A stretch of 64,000 bases of DNA from Acidobacteriota bacterium. Its GTDB lineage: Bacteria; Acidobacteriota; Thermoanaerobaculia; Multivoradales; JAGPDF01. How positions within the stretch are numbered: position 1 is the stretch's first letter; each line of letters starts with the position of its first letter. A program made the translations under genes and the position numbers. Below are positions 28,540 through 39,500 of this stretch, one piece after another. The notes beneath the pieces were generated by a model that was not told the origin of the DNA, did no database searches, and saw only the letters and a list, made by a program, of their open reading frames with translations. The stretch is taken from assembly GCA_045862895.1 (NCBI GenBank), contig BTUO01000002.1:113141-177140 (forward strand), in the 5' to 3' direction.

Positions 28540-30515
28540 GGTCGGGACGGGGAGTCGGGCTGCGGCGTTTCGCGCAGCGTCGGCAGCGAGATCGACTCGA
28601 ACACTTCGCGGGCGTCGAACTCCCCCTTGGAACGGGCGAAGTCGAGCCGCCAGATCAGCCCCTGCTCGGAGCCGAACCGGGCCAGGCGGGCCGCCAGCGC
28701 CTCGGTCGGGTGCGGGCGCGCGGCGGGATCCTTGGCCAGCAGCTCGGCGACGATCCCCGCCATCGCCGGCGGCATGGCGTGGAGCAGCTCCTCGGGGCGC
28801 GGCGCCGGGTCGCGCACCGTCGAGCGCACGATGTCGCGGAACTCGGTGCCGCGGAACGGATAGCGGCCCAGGAGCGCGCGGAACAGCAATACTCCGAGCG
28901 CGTAGAGGTCGGCGCGGGCGTCGTAGGGCTCGCCGCGCAGCACCTCCGGGGCGAGGAAACCCGGCGTGCCGAACACCTTGCCGGGCGCCTCGGCGCGCAG
29001 GTGGACGTAGGTGGCGAGCCCGAAGTCGGCGAGCTTGACCGAGCCGTCGTGGCCGAGCAGCACGTTGCCCGGCTTGACGTCGCGGTGGACCAGCCCGCGC
29101 GCGTGCGCCGCGGCGAGCCCTTCGGCGACGCCCGCGGCGAGCGGTACCACCTCGCGCCAGGACAGCGAGCCGCGCTCCTCCAGGTAGCGGTCGAGGCCGA
29201 TGCCGTCGACATACTCCATGGCGACGTAAGCGACCTCCTCGGTCTCTTCGGCGTCGTAGACCGCCACCACGTTGGGGTGGGTGACCTGCGCGGCGCGCAC
29301 CGCCTCGGCCAGGATCCGCTCGGCGCCGCGGGCGCGGCGCGGGTCGTCGGAGCGCCGTCCGACGTGGATGGTCTTGAGCGCCACCGGCCGCTGCAGGCGC
29401 GGGTCCCAACCGCGGAAGACCGTGCCCATGCCGCCGGAGCCGACGATCTCGATCACCTGGTAGCGGCCGAGGAAGACGTCGGCGATCGCCTCACGGTCGC
29501 GCGCGTGCCGCTCGAGCGCGCCCAGCGCTTCCTTGAGCGCCGCGGTCTCCGATCCGCGCGAGGGTGCGCGGGTCAGGCCGGCGACCTGCCGCTGCGCCGA
29601 GAGCAGCGCGCGCAGCGGCTTGACCAGCCCGCGCCACGCCGCCAGCGACAGCAGTGCGGTGAGCGCCAGCGCCAGCGCCACGGCGAGCGCCGAACGCCGC
29701 GCCATGCGCCGGGCGCTGGCCTCGGCCACGTCCGCCGGCTGGGTCGAGATCACGATCCATCGCCCCTGGTCCGCCGACGACCAGGCGCCGACGATCCCGT
29801 TCGCCGGATCGGTCAGGAAGCGCCCCGCCCCCGAGAGCCGGCCGGAGAGGGCGGCCTGGCGCAGCGCCTCGGGCAGGCCCGGCGCGGCTTCGAGGTTGCC
29901 GGCGAGCGGCCGGCCCGAGCGGTCGAGCAGCAGGAGGCTGGCCTGCTCTCCGAGCTCGTCGGGGGAGAGCGAGCGTTCGATCGGCCCGGCGAGCGTGGCG
30001 AGCGCGAGCGATCCGCCGCCCGAGAGCGGCAGTGGAACCACCGCCCACAGCGCGCCATCGACCAGGCTGAGCTCGGGGGCGGGATCGGGCGCCGCGGCGA
30101 GCAGCCGCTCGGCGGTCGTCGCCGCGTCGCGGGTCTGGACGCGCACGGCGAGCCGCCCTCGGGAGTCGTGGATCGCGAGGCCGGCGACGCCCGCTTCGCT
30201 CCACCCCGCGAGCGTGTCCGCCAGCAGGCGCTGGGCGTCGGGCTCGGTGGGCCGGCCGAGGCGCGGATCGGCGGCCAGCGCCGAGGCGAGGGCGCGGTGA
30301 CCGGCGAGGAAACCGTCGATCTGATCCGCCGAGGTGCGGGCGGCGACGGTGTGGGTGCGCAGCAGCTGGTCGAGCAGCGCGTCGCGGTTGACGGCGGTGA
30401 GCTGCAGGGCGGCGAGCGTCAACGGAATCGTGCCGACGGCGGCGAGCGCGAGCGCGATCTGGATCAGCAGGGTCGGGGTGCGGCCGCGGCCGCTGGCGGC
30501 GGAAGTCGTGCTCAT
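28536..30515 (-). CDS. Membrane Ser/Thr protein kinase with periplasmic Cache-like sensor
   Basis: TM, periplasmic domain, TM, then GSGGMG, VALK, HRDVKPGN, DFG, GTPGFLAPE. Confidence 0.88.
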   Translation of the reverse strand: MSTTSAASGRGRTPTLLIQIALALAAVGTIPLTLAALQLTAVNRDALLDQLLRTHTVAARTSADQIDGFLAGHRALASALAADPRLGRPTEPDAQRLLADTLAGWSEAGVAGLAIHDSRGRLAVRVQTRDAATTAERLLAAAPDPAPELSLVDGALWAVVPLPLSGGGSLALATLAGPIERSLSPDELGEQASLLLLDRSGRPLAGNLEAAPGLPEALRQAALSGRLSGAGRFLTDPANGIVGAWSSADQGRWIVISTQPADVAEASARRMARRSALAVALALALTALLSLAAWRGLVKPLRALLSAQRQVAGLTRAPSRGSETAALKEALGALERHARDREAIADVFLGRYQVIEIVGSGGMGTVFRGWDPRLQRPVALKTIHVGRRSDDPRRARGAERILAEAVRAAQVTHPNVVAVYDAEETEEVAYVAMEYVDGIGLDRYLEERGSLSWREVVPLAAGVAEGLAAAHARGLVHRDVKPGNVLLGHDGSVKLADFGLATYVHLRAEAPGKVFGTPGFLAPEVLRGEPYDARADLYALGVLLFRALLGRYPFRGTEFRDIVRSTVRDPAPRPEELLHAMPPAMAGIVAELLAKDPAARPHPTEALAARLARFGSEQGLIWRLDFARSKGEFDAREVFESISLPTLRETPQPDSPSRP

Positions 30516-30534
30516 TCGGGGTCTCCGCCTGCGT

Positions 30535-32349
30535 TCACGCCGGATCCAGGTGGCCGCGCTCCGAGTCGCCCATCTCGACGCCGGCGGCGGGGAAGTACTC
30601 GCGCCAGCGGCGCGTCACGGTGGCGGCCGTGTCCGGATCACAGGAGAGCTCGCGGGGATACCAGGGCTTCATGCGCGCGTCGATCGCGATCGGCGGCGTG
30701 CGCACCAGGTGATTGCGAGCGACCCGGCTCGCCGCGGCGTGGAGGTCGGCCGCGGGTTCGAAGCGGGTGAAGGTGGTCCACAGGAAGTTCATGGCGCTGG
30801 CGACGGCGCGCGCCGGCTCGTCGGTGACCACCACCAGCGGCCACTGGGCGAACGCCGGGTGGGCGGCGAAACGCGCCGCGGCCTCGGGGTCCTCGGCGTA
30901 GGGCCGCGCGCCGACGACCAGGCAACCGGCGCAGAACGGTCGCGCGTCGCGCGCGTCCGACGGCGGCTCGACCGGAAAGCGGGCCTCGCGCGGCAGCTCG
31001 CGCACCGGCTCGCCCAGGCCGAGCCAGACCCCCTTCGAGCCGCGGTTGACCTCGGGGCCGGTGTAGTCGAGGGTGTCCATCGAGAGATTGGCGAAGACGA
31101 ACAGGTCGGTCTCGGGCCGCGTGCGCGCCAGCACGTGCTCGAGCGTGGCGCGGAAGTCGCGCAGGTCGACCCGCGAGTCGGTCACCAGCAGGAACTTGGT
31201 GAGCGCCAGCTGCCCCTCGCCGAGAATGCGGAAGGCCGAGCTCATCGCCTCGCGCGCGTAGCGCTCGCGCACCACCGCGCCGGCGAGCGAGTGATAGCCG
31301 GTCTCGCCGTAGGACCAGAGATCGACGACTCCGGGCATGACCAGCGGGAAGAGCGGCGAGAGCAGCTCCTGCAGCAGGTCGCCGAGGAAGAAATCCTCCT
31401 GGCGCGGCTTGCCGACCACGGTCGCCGGGAAGATCGCGTCGCGCCGGCGCGCGAGCCATTCGACCTCGAAGACCGGGTAGTCGTGTTTCAACGAGTAGTA
31501 GCCGTAGTGGTCGCCGAAGGGTCCCTCGGGCGCGCGGCGCTCCGGCCGCACGCGCCCGATCAGCGCGAGCTCGGCTCCGGCGATCAGGCGCCGGCGGTCC
31601 GGACCGTCGGCCACGCGCAGGCGCTCGCCGGCGACGAGCGAGGCGAGCACCAGCTCGGGGACGTTCTCCGGCAGCGGCGCGATCGCCGAAAGGATCAGGG
31701 CGGGCGGACCGCCGAGAAAGACGGTGACCGGCAGCGCCTCGCCGCGCTCCTCGGCGACGGCATAGTGGAAGCCGCCCCCCTTGCCGATCTGCCAGTGCAT
31801 CCCGGTGGTGGTCGGGGAGTGCACCTGCATCCGGTACATGCCGAGGTTGTGGCCGTGTCCCGCGGGGTGCTCGGTGTAGACCAGCGGCAGCGTGACGAAG
31901 GGTCCGCCGTCCTCGGGCCAGGTGGTGAGCACCGGCAGACGATCGAGGCGGACGTCGCGGGTGACGACCTCGGCCACGGGGGCTCGCCGAACCCGCTTCA
32001 CCCCGACGCGCAGCAGGTCGCCGGCGATGTCGCGCGCCCGCCAGAGCTTCGCCGGCGACGGCGGCAGCAGCTCCTGGGCGAGCGCCACCATCCGCCGCAC
32101 CAGCTCGAACGGGCGCTCGCCGAAGGCGAGCCGCGCCCGGCGCGGCGTGCCGAACAGGTTGGTGACCAGCGGGAAGTCGGCGCCCTCGACGTGGGTGAAC
32201 AGCAGGGCCGGGCCGCCGGCCGCGATCACGCGGCGGTGGATCTCCGCGGCCTCGAGCCGGGCCGAGACCGGCGCCGCGACCTCGACCAGGTCGCCGTCGC
32301 GACGCAGCCGCTCGAGGAAGCTCCGGAGGTCGGGGAAGGCCGCGCCCAT
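30535..32349 (-). CDS. ubiD: UbiD-family (prFMN-dependent) decarboxylase
   Basis: DLRSFLERL, TNLFGT, NLGMYRMQ, EGPFGDHYGYY, GKPRQED. Confidence 0.9.
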   Translation of the reverse strand: MGAAFPDLRSFLERLRRDGDLVEVAAPVSARLEAAEIHRRVIAAGGPALLFTHVEGADFPLVTNLFGTPRRARLAFGERPFELVRRMVALAQELLPPSPAKLWRARDIAGDLLRVGVKRVRRAPVAEVVTRDVRLDRLPVLTTWPEDGGPFVTLPLVYTEHPAGHGHNLGMYRMQVHSPTTTGMHWQIGKGGGFHYAVAEERGEALPVTVFLGGPPALILSAIAPLPENVPELVLASLVAGERLRVADGPDRRRLIAGAELALIGRVRPERRAPEGPFGDHYGYYSLKHDYPVFEVEWLARRRDAIFPATVVGKPRQEDFFLGDLLQELLSPLFPLVMPGVVDLWSYGETGYHSLAGAVVRERYAREAMSSAFRILGEGQLALTKFLLVTDSRVDLRDFRATLEHVLARTRPETDLFVFANLSMDTLDYTGPEVNRGSKGVWLGLGEPVRELPREARFPVEPPSDARDARPFCAGCLVVGARPYAEDPEAAARFAAHPAFAQWPLVVVTDEPARAVASAMNFLWTTFTRFEPAADLHAAASRVARNHLVRTPPIAIDARMKPWYPRELSCDPDTAATVTRRWREYFPAAGVEMGDSERGHLDPA

Positions 32350-32443
32350 CGCGCGGCGGAGCCTACAACGCGCCCCGGGGCGCCGCCGCGCCTGCGAGCA
32401 GCGCTGGCCCGCTCGGCGCGGGTCTGGTGGAATGGCGCTCCAG

Positions 32444-33406
32444 ATGACGACCCGCCCCGATCCCGCGACGCTGTTCGCGCCCCACCGGCGCGGCGGACGC
32501 TTCTGGAACCCGTGGGGCGCGGCTCGCCGCTCGTTCTTCGACGCCTTTCGCTGGCAGCTCCGCCGGGCTCCGGCGCGTACCCGGCTCGCCGGCGGGGTGC
32601 CGCGGGTGGAGGCCGACACCGACCGCCTTCGGCGTGCCGCCGAGCGCGCCGAGCTGACCTGGATCGGCCACGCCTCGTTCGCACTCCACGAGGGGGAGAC
32701 CGTCGCCCTGCTCGATCCGCACTTCGGCGCGCGCGCCCTGTTGCCGTCGCGTCAGACGCCCCCGGGCCTGCCGCTCGCCGCGGTGCCCGCGCGCGGGCTG
32801 GTGCTGATCTCGCACAACCACTACGACCACCTCGACGCCTGGACTCTCGCGCGCCTGCCGAAGTCGCTCGCCGTGCGCGTGCCGCTCGGGCTCGAGGCCT
32901 ACGTGCGCTCGTTCGGGTTCACCGACGTCGCCGCGCTCGACTGGTGGCAGCAGTGCGAGGTCGCCGGCTGGCGGCTGACCTTCGTGCCGATGCAGCACTG
33001 GTCGAACCGGCTCGGGCAGCGGCCGAACACCACGCTGTGGGGCGGCTGGATGATCGACACCGGGCGGTCGCGGGTGCTGTTCGCCGGCGACAGCGGCTAC
33101 TTCCACGGCTTCGCCGAGATCGGCCGCCGCTTCGACCGGCTCGACGCGGCGCTGCTGCCGATCGGCGCCTACGAGCCACGCTGGTTCATGCGCAACGTGC
33201 ACATGAATCCGGCCGAAGCGCTCGAGGCGCTGCGCGACACCGGCGCCCGGACACTGGTTCCGACCCACTGGGGGACTTTCGACCTCGCCGACGAGGCGGT
33301 CGACGAGCCGCCGCGCGAGCTCGCCCGCCGACTCGCCGAGCCGCGCTTCGCGGAGCTGGCGCCGCGCGTGCGCGTCCTGGCCGTCGGCGAGACGCTCGAG
33401 CTGTGA
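32444..33406 (+). CDS. MBL-fold metallo-hydrolase (NAPE-PLD-like)
   Basis: WIGHAS, ISHNHYDHLD, FAGDSGY, PIGAYEPRWFM, HWGTF. Confidence 0.9.
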   Translation: MTTRPDPATLFAPHRRGGRFWNPWGAARRSFFDAFRWQLRRAPARTRLAGGVPRVEADTDRLRRAAERAELTWIGHASFALHEGETVALLDPHFGARALLPSRQTPPGLPLAAVPARGLVLISHNHYDHLDAWTLARLPKSLAVRVPLGLEAYVRSFGFTDVAALDWWQQCEVAGWRLTFVPMQHWSNRLGQRPNTTLWGGWMIDTGRSRVLFAGDSGYFHGFAEIGRRFDRLDAALLPIGAYEPRWFMRNVHMNPAEALEALRDTGARTLVPTHWGTFDLADEAVDEPPRELARRLAEPRFAELAPRVRVLAVGETLEL

Positions 33407-33413
33407 GGTCCGG

Positions 33414-33896
33414 TCAGTCGAACTCGCGCGCGGGCACGGGCTGGTCGGCGCCGGTGCGACCGGCGCGGATCTCGGCTCGGAAGTAGTTCTCGCCGCGCAC
33501 GGGCGCGCCGGCGAGCCGGCGCAGGTAGGCGATCTGGCCGATATGGGTGAGCGCGTCGGCGAGCGGACCCTGAAAGATGCGCCCCGCGGGGAATCCGAGC
33601 GGCTCGGCGGAGGCGATCCGGCGGTCGAGCTCGGCCAGACCGGCGTGGAATCGCGCCGACTCGTCGGTCCAGTTGGTCGGAATCGAGTCGTTCCAGAAGT
33701 GCTCGCCGCCGAACAGGTGGCGGGCCCAGTCGAACAGGTCGTTGACGTGCGCCAGGATCTCGAGCGGAGAGCGGCTGCCGGGCGCCGGGCGGAACTCCTC
33801 GACGCCGGCGGGCAGGTCGCGGATCGCCTTGCCGCCGCGGTAGGCGAGGGTGGCGACGACGTGGCGCAGCAGGGCGCGCTCGGCGTTCTCGGCCAT
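33414..33896 (-). CDS. DinB-family protein
   Basis: RSPLEILAHV and DALTHIGQIAYLRR motifs. Confidence 0.8.
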   Translation of the reverse strand: MAENAERALLRHVVATLAYRGGKAIRDLPAGVEEFRPAPGSRSPLEILAHVNDLFDWARHLFGGEHFWNDSIPTNWTDESARFHAGLAELDRRIASAEPLGFPAGRIFQGPLADALTHIGQIAYLRRLAGAPVRGENYFRAEIRAGRTGADQPVPAREFD

Positions 33897-33905
33897 GGCG
33901 GGACT

Positions 33906-34370
33906 CTAGTCGACGCGGCCCGCGGCCGACCGGCTGCTGGCGAGCGCCACGCCCAGGACGAGGGCGGTGGCGATCGCGATCGCGAGCACGGCGAGCAAGT
34001 CGATGCCGATCCCCATCGCGTCGTCGGCCGACGGCCGCATCGCGCGCGGCGCGACGCGCAGCGCGGCGACGACGCCGAACGGCAGGCCCAGCGCGGCGCC
34101 GGTCGCGAGCAGGTGGCGGCCGAACGCCGCGAGCCGGGTGCGCTCGCCGCAGTGGTACCGCCACCACTGCCGGCCACCGCTCCACGGCAGCGCGATCGCC
34201 GCCGCGAGCATCGCCCCGAACGCCGGCAGCCGCGACGCCAGGTCGTAGCGGAAGAAGCTCGAGCTGTACTGCCAGCTGAACGCCCAGAACCAGAAGCCGC
34301 CCCAGAACACGAGCGCGACGCGACCGAGCGTGACGAGCGCGCGGGATCTGCTGGAATCGCGGCGCGCCAC
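33906..34370 (-). CDS. Hypothetical membrane protein
   Basis: Four hydrophobic segments; sits in a co-oriented gene run. Confidence 0.6.
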   Translation of the reverse strand: MARRDSSRSRALVTLGRVALVFWGGFWFWAFSWQYSSSFFRYDLASRLPAFGAMLAAAIALPWSGGRQWWRYHCGERTRLAAFGRHLLATGAALGLPFGVVAALRVAPRAMRPSADDAMGIGIDLLAVLAIAIATALVLGVALASSRSAAGRVD

Positions 34371-34377
34371 CGCCGCC

Positions 34378-35790
34378 TCAGCCCGCGTAGGGCAGCGCGT
34401 TGCCGAGCTTGCGCTTCAGGCGGTCCTCGATCCAGTGGGCGTCCCACCATTCGACCGGGCGCACCGGCAGGCCCTGGAGCAGGAAGCTGAAGTGGAGGTG
34501 GTCGCCGCCGGCCAGGCCGGTGGCGCCGCTCCTTCCCACCGCCGTGCCGCGGCCGACGGCGTCGCCCTCGCCGACCGTGATCGACGACAGGTGGGCGTAG
34601 AGGCTCATCAGCCCGTAACCATGGTCGACCACGACGGTGTTGCCGTAGATGCCGAGCCAGCGCGCCAGCACCACCACCCCGGCGTTGGCCGCGGGCACGT
34701 CGGCGCGCGCGATCGAGGCGAGATCGAAGCCGAGGTGGACCTGCCGGTCGACCTCGCGCCCCTGGTAGAAGTAAGTGCGGCGGTCGGCGAACGACGACAT
34801 CACCTGGCCGCCGGGCATCGCCAGGAACGGCGCGTTCCAGAGGAACTCCCGGCGGCTGGTGCCGGCCAGCGTGCGCAGCTCGTCGGCGTTGGTCCGGCGC
34901 AGGTCGCGATTGATCTGGAGGTAGTCGTCGAGCAGGTTGCCCTTCGACTCGAGCGACGGCGTGTTCTCGAGGATCTCCGGCACCACCCGCGCGAGGAACT
35001 TCTCGTCGAGCTGGATGTCGTCGTCGGCGGGCGGCTTGGCGAAGAACTGGTCGACGAAGGCGGTCGAGCGCGTATTACCGACCTCGTCGGCCGCGACCAG
35101 GCGGACTCTGGCCGCATCGTCGACGTCCCACGGCACCGCGAACAGGGCGAAGCGCTCGCGCTCGCTGCCGCCCGGCAGCGCGAAGCCGGGGAAGAACCAG
35201 TCGCCGACCTCGACGCCGTCGCGCACGCTGGTGGCTCCGACCCGGTAGACGACGACCTCGGCACCCCCTTGCGCGACGTAGTGCTGGCTCGAGAGCACCT
35301 CGAGCGCCGGCGGCACCAGTCGCACTGGCAGGTCGACGACCATCGTGGCTCTCGGCGCTCCGCGCAGCCAGGCCGGCGCGCCCGTCGCGGTCACGCGCAC
35401 CTGGGCGTCGCCCTCGGTGAGCGCCGGCAAGCTGTCCTTGCCGATCGTGAGCTTCCAGATCTTCGCTTTCGTCCCGCTCGCCCAGAGCTTCCAGCCCGGC
35501 GGCGTCGAGAAGCTCTCTGCGGCGACCGGCAGGACGCGCTCCCCCTGGAGGACGTCGACCTCGACCCGCGAGAACCCGCGCGACGGCACCTTCACCTCGA
35601 CCTCGACCGGCGTCGCCCGGCCGAGCGCTCCGAGCGGCGTGCGAACGGTGACCTCCGGCGCCGGCCCGGTCCGGAAGGCTCCGAGCGCCGCCACGGCGAG
35701 CGCTGGGATGGCGACCAGCAGGAGAAGCGTGCGCAGCCGCGAACGGCGGCGATGGGAACGGATCGTGTCGGTCGACGGCGCGAGTCGCAT
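34378..35790 (-). CDS. M23-family metallopeptidase
   Basis: HLGFD (HxxxD), YGNTVVVDHG, YAHL, HLHF; N-terminal TM anchor. Confidence 0.9.
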   Translation of the reverse strand: MRLAPSTDTIRSHRRRSRLRTLLLLVAIPALAVAALGAFRTGPAPEVTVRTPLGALGRATPVEVEVKVPSRGFSRVEVDVLQGERVLPVAAESFSTPPGWKLWASGTKAKIWKLTIGKDSLPALTEGDAQVRVTATGAPAWLRGAPRATMVVDLPVRLVPPALEVLSSQHYVAQGGAEVVVYRVGATSVRDGVEVGDWFFPGFALPGGSERERFALFAVPWDVDDAARVRLVAADEVGNTRSTAFVDQFFAKPPADDDIQLDEKFLARVVPEILENTPSLESKGNLLDDYLQINRDLRRTNADELRTLAGTSRREFLWNAPFLAMPGGQVMSSFADRRTYFYQGREVDRQVHLGFDLASIARADVPAANAGVVVLARWLGIYGNTVVVDHGYGLMSLYAHLSSITVGEGDAVGRGTAVGRSGATGLAGGDHLHFSFLLQGLPVRPVEWWDAHWIEDRLKRKLGNALPYAG

Positions 35791-35856
35791 CGCTGGGGGC
35801 CCTCCAGGAGATTGCGCCGTGCGACGCGCGACGGCGCGTGGAAGGATATCAACGCG

Positions 35857-36429
35857 ATGGACGATCGACCCGCTCTCGCGCCGCTCGTCGGCGGCCTGCT
35901 GGTCGGCGGCGCCAGCCGTCGCTTCGGCCGCGACAAGGCCCTCGCGCTGCTGGAAGGGCGGCCGCTCGCCGAGCGCGTCGCCGCCGCGCTCGCGGCGGTG
36001 TCGCGGGAGGTGGTGCTGCTCGGAGCCGGCCCGGTGCCGGCGTCGCTCGACGCGATGGCTCGGATCGCCGACGACCCGCGCGGGCGCGGGCCGCTCGCCG
36101 GCCTGCTCGGCGCCTTCGCGGCGCGGCCGGACAGCGCCTGGCTGGTGGCGGCGTGCGACCAGCCCTGGCTGGACGAGTCCGCGCTCGCCTGGCTCCTCGG
36201 CGAGCGTACGCCCGGAGCGATCGCCGTGCTGCCGCGACGGGGCGGGCCCGGCGTGGAGCCGTTCCCGGCCGTCTACGAGCCCGGGGCGGCTCCGGTCCTC
36301 GCGCTGCTCGCCGAGGGGGGCGGCTCGCTCCAGCCGCTCGCCGCGCGCGACGACGTCGCGACGCCGCGGGTGCCCGGCGAGCTCGAGCGCGCTTTCGCCG
36401 ACGTCGATTTCGAGCGCGACCTCGACTGA
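35857..36429 (+). CDS. mobA: Molybdenum cofactor guanylyltransferase
   Basis: GGASRRFGRDKA, GPLAGL, ACDQP, EPFPAVY. Confidence 0.85.
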   Translation: MDDRPALAPLVGGLLVGGASRRFGRDKALALLEGRPLAERVAAALAAVSREVVLLGAGPVPASLDAMARIADDPRGRGPLAGLLGAFAARPDSAWLVAACDQPWLDESALAWLLGERTPGAIAVLPRRGGPGVEPFPAVYEPGAAPVLALLAEGGGSLQPLAARDDVATPRVPGELERAFADVDFERDLD

Positions 36430-36505
36430 TCGCGGTCGCCAACCGCTACAATCCCATCGGATTCTCCGAAGCAACGACCGCAGCGCCGCCACCGAGGCCG
36501 AGGCC

Positions 36506-39500
36506 GTGGAGCGAGAGACCAGCGACCCCCGACCCCGCGCCGCACCGGTCGTCGAGCCCGCCTTCGGCGTCGACGATCTGGTCGCCGGCCGCTACCGGGT
36601 GCGCCGCTACCTCGGCCGCGGCACCTCGGGCGAGGTCTACGCCGTCGCCGACCTCGAGCTCGGCACCGAGGTCGCGCTCAAGGCGCTGCGCCCGGCCGGC
36701 GGTGACGGCGAGGTCCAGACCGAGCGCTTCCGTCGCGAGGTCCTGCTCGCGCGCCGCGTCAGCCACCCGAACGTCTGCCGCATCTTCGACCTCGGTGTCC
36801 ACCTGCTCGAGCGCCCCGGCGCGGTGCCGCGGCCGATCCGCTTCCTGACCATGGAGTTGCTCGAGGGGCGCACCCTGCTGCGGCGGATCGAGGAGGAGGG
36901 GCCGCTGCCCGAGGCCGACGCGGTCGCCCTCGCGCGTCAGCTCTGCGCCGCGCTCGCCGCCGCCCACGCGGCCGGAGTCGTCCATCGCGACTTCAAGAGC
37001 TCGAACGTGCTGCTGGTCGGCGCCGCGACGGGCGAGCGCGCGGTGATCACCGATTTCGGCCTGGCGCGCGACCAGGAGCTGCCGTCGGGAGCCTCCAATC
37101 TCACCGGCACCGGCGGCGTCCTCGGCACCCCCGCCTACATGGCGCCGGAACAGGTCGAGGGGCGCCGCGCGACCGCGCGCTCGGACCTCTACGCGCTCGG
37201 GGTCGTGCTCTACGAGATGGTGACCGGGCGGCTGCCGTTCGAGGGGGAGACGCCGCTGTCGGTCGCGGTCAAGCGGCTGCAGACGGAGCCGACGCCGGTC
37301 GAGCAGCACCGCGGCGACCTCTCGCTCCGGTTCCGCGGCGTGCTGCGGCGCCTGCTCGAGCGCGAGCCGCGCGACCGCTTCGCCGACGCGCTCGAGGTGC
37401 CGCGGGCGCTCGACGGCGAACTGGCGGCGGGAGTGCCGCGCCGACGCCGCCGCCAGCTCGCCTTCGCGCTCGTCGCCGTCGTCGCGGTCGCCACCGCCTG
37501 GGTGTTGTGGCGGCCTCGGCCCGCGCCGCCGGACGCCACGGACGCCGCGGCGCCGGCGACGCGCGAGCGCGTGTCGATCGCGGTGATCGGTCTGCGCAAC
37601 GCCGCCGGCGATCCGGCCGCCGCCTGGCTCTCGGGCGCCCTCGCCGAGATGCTCACCAGCGAGCTCGCGGTGGCCGAGTCGCTGCGCGTGGTGCCGGGGG
37701 AGACGGTCGCGCGCGCGCTGGCGGACCTCGGCGTGGCGCCGTCGGACGCCTTCGGCAGCGACACCCTCGAGCGGCTGCGGCGGGCCCTCGGCGTGCGCTG
37801 GGTGCTGGCCGGCGGCTACACCGCTCTCGGCGAGCGTGCCGGCGGCGCCCTGCGACTCGACCTGCGGCTGCAGCGCGCCGACGGCGGCACCGGCGAGCGC
37901 TCGTTGCCGGTCGAAGGCAGCGAGGCGGAGCTCTTCGACCTGGTCAGCAATGCCGGCCGCCAGCTGCGGGCCGCGCTCGGCGCGCGCGAGCCGGAAGCCG
38001 CCGTCGTCGCCGGCGCCCTCGGCGCGCTGCCGGCGACCGAGGAGGCGGTACGGCTCTACGCCGACGGCCTCGCGCGGCTGCGCGCCGGCGATCCGCTCGC
38101 GGCGCGCGAGCTGCTCGAGGCGACGGTGGCCGCGGATCCCGAATCGGCCCTCGGCTGGTCGGCGCTGGCGCGAGCCTGGCAGGACCTGGGCTACGCGGAG
38201 CGCGCGCGCACGGCCGCCGAGACCGCCTGGCGCCTGGGCGGACGGCTCGGTCGCTCGGAAGCGCTCGCGGTGGAGGCGCGCTACCGGCTCGCGGCGGGTG
38301 AGACGGAGGCCGCCCTCGACAACCTGCGCGCGCTCTGGCGCTTCTACCCCGACGATCCCGAGCAGGGGCTGGCGCTGGCCGACGCCCTGGTCGACGCCGA
38401 CCGCTCGCGCGAGGCGCTCGGAATCGTCGCCCAGCTGCGCGAGCTGCCGGGGTCGGTGCGGGACGACCCGCGGATCGACCTGGTCGCGGCGCGCGCGGCC
38501 GAGGGGCTCTCGGACTTCGCCGGCGCCCTGGAGGCGGCTCGCGCCGCCTTCGCGAAGGCCACCGCGGCGGAATCGCGCAATCTCGGGGCCCGGGCGCGGT
38601 GGGAGGAGGGGCTCGCGCTGCGCAAGCTCGGTCGGGCGGCCGAGAGCCGCGGGGCGCTGCTCGCCGCGCGGAGCGGATTCGCGGAGGTGGGAGATCGCGC
38701 CGGGGTCGCGCGCACGCTGAATCAGCTGGCCGACCTGGAGCGGGTCGAGGGCCACCTCGACCAGGCCGCGGCGCTCTACGCCGAGGCCCGATCCACCTAC
38801 GCCGCGATCGGCAACCGGCCGCGTGAGGCGCGGGTCGAGCTGATGCAGGGGCTGCTGATGTCGGAGCGGGGCGACGTCGCCGGCGCGGCCGCGACCTACG
38901 AGTCGGCGCTCGCCAAGCTGCGCGAGGCGGGCGATCGACGCGGCGCCGCGGCGGCGCTGGCGAATCTCGGCAGCATGCGGTACCAACTGGGCGACCTCGA
39001 GGGCGCTCTCGCCCGCCAGCGGGAGGCGCTGGCCGAGTTCCGGGCGCTCGGCGACGAGGCGCGGGCGCTGGTGTCGCTGCAGAACCACGCGATGATCCAG
39101 CAGGAGCTCGGTGACTTCGCAGCGGCCGCCGCGGCGCTCGACGAGGAGCTCGGCATCGCGCGGCGGATCGGCGACCGCGCCGGCGAGGGGTACGCCCTCA
39201 AGGGGCTGGGCGACCTGGCGGCCGAGCGCGGCGACTTCGACCTCGCGCTCGGCCGTTATGCCGAAGCCCGCGAGGTCTTCCGCGCCGCCGGCCAGGAGAT
39301 CTGGGTGCCGCGGGTCGACCTGGCGGCGGCGATCGTCGCCCGCGAGAGCGGCGACGTCGCCGCCGCGGAGCGCGAGCTCGAGCGGGTCGCGAGCGTCTTC
39401 GAGAGCGCGGGCTCCGAGGGCGAGCTGGACGAGGCAAGGCTCGAACGGGCGCGCTCGCTGGTGGCGCTCGACCGCCTCTCGGAGGGCGCGGAGCTGCTCG

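Noticed and set aside
32444-33406. Metallo-beta-lactamase resistance gene
   Set aside because: Motifs (PIGAYEPRWFM, HWGTF) match the NAPE-PLD-like MBL-fold family, not class B beta-lactamases.
35345-36505. N-terminal extension of the 1496-aa kinase ORF
   Set aside because: Overlaps the M23 gene and mobA; the kinase plausibly starts at GTG36506.
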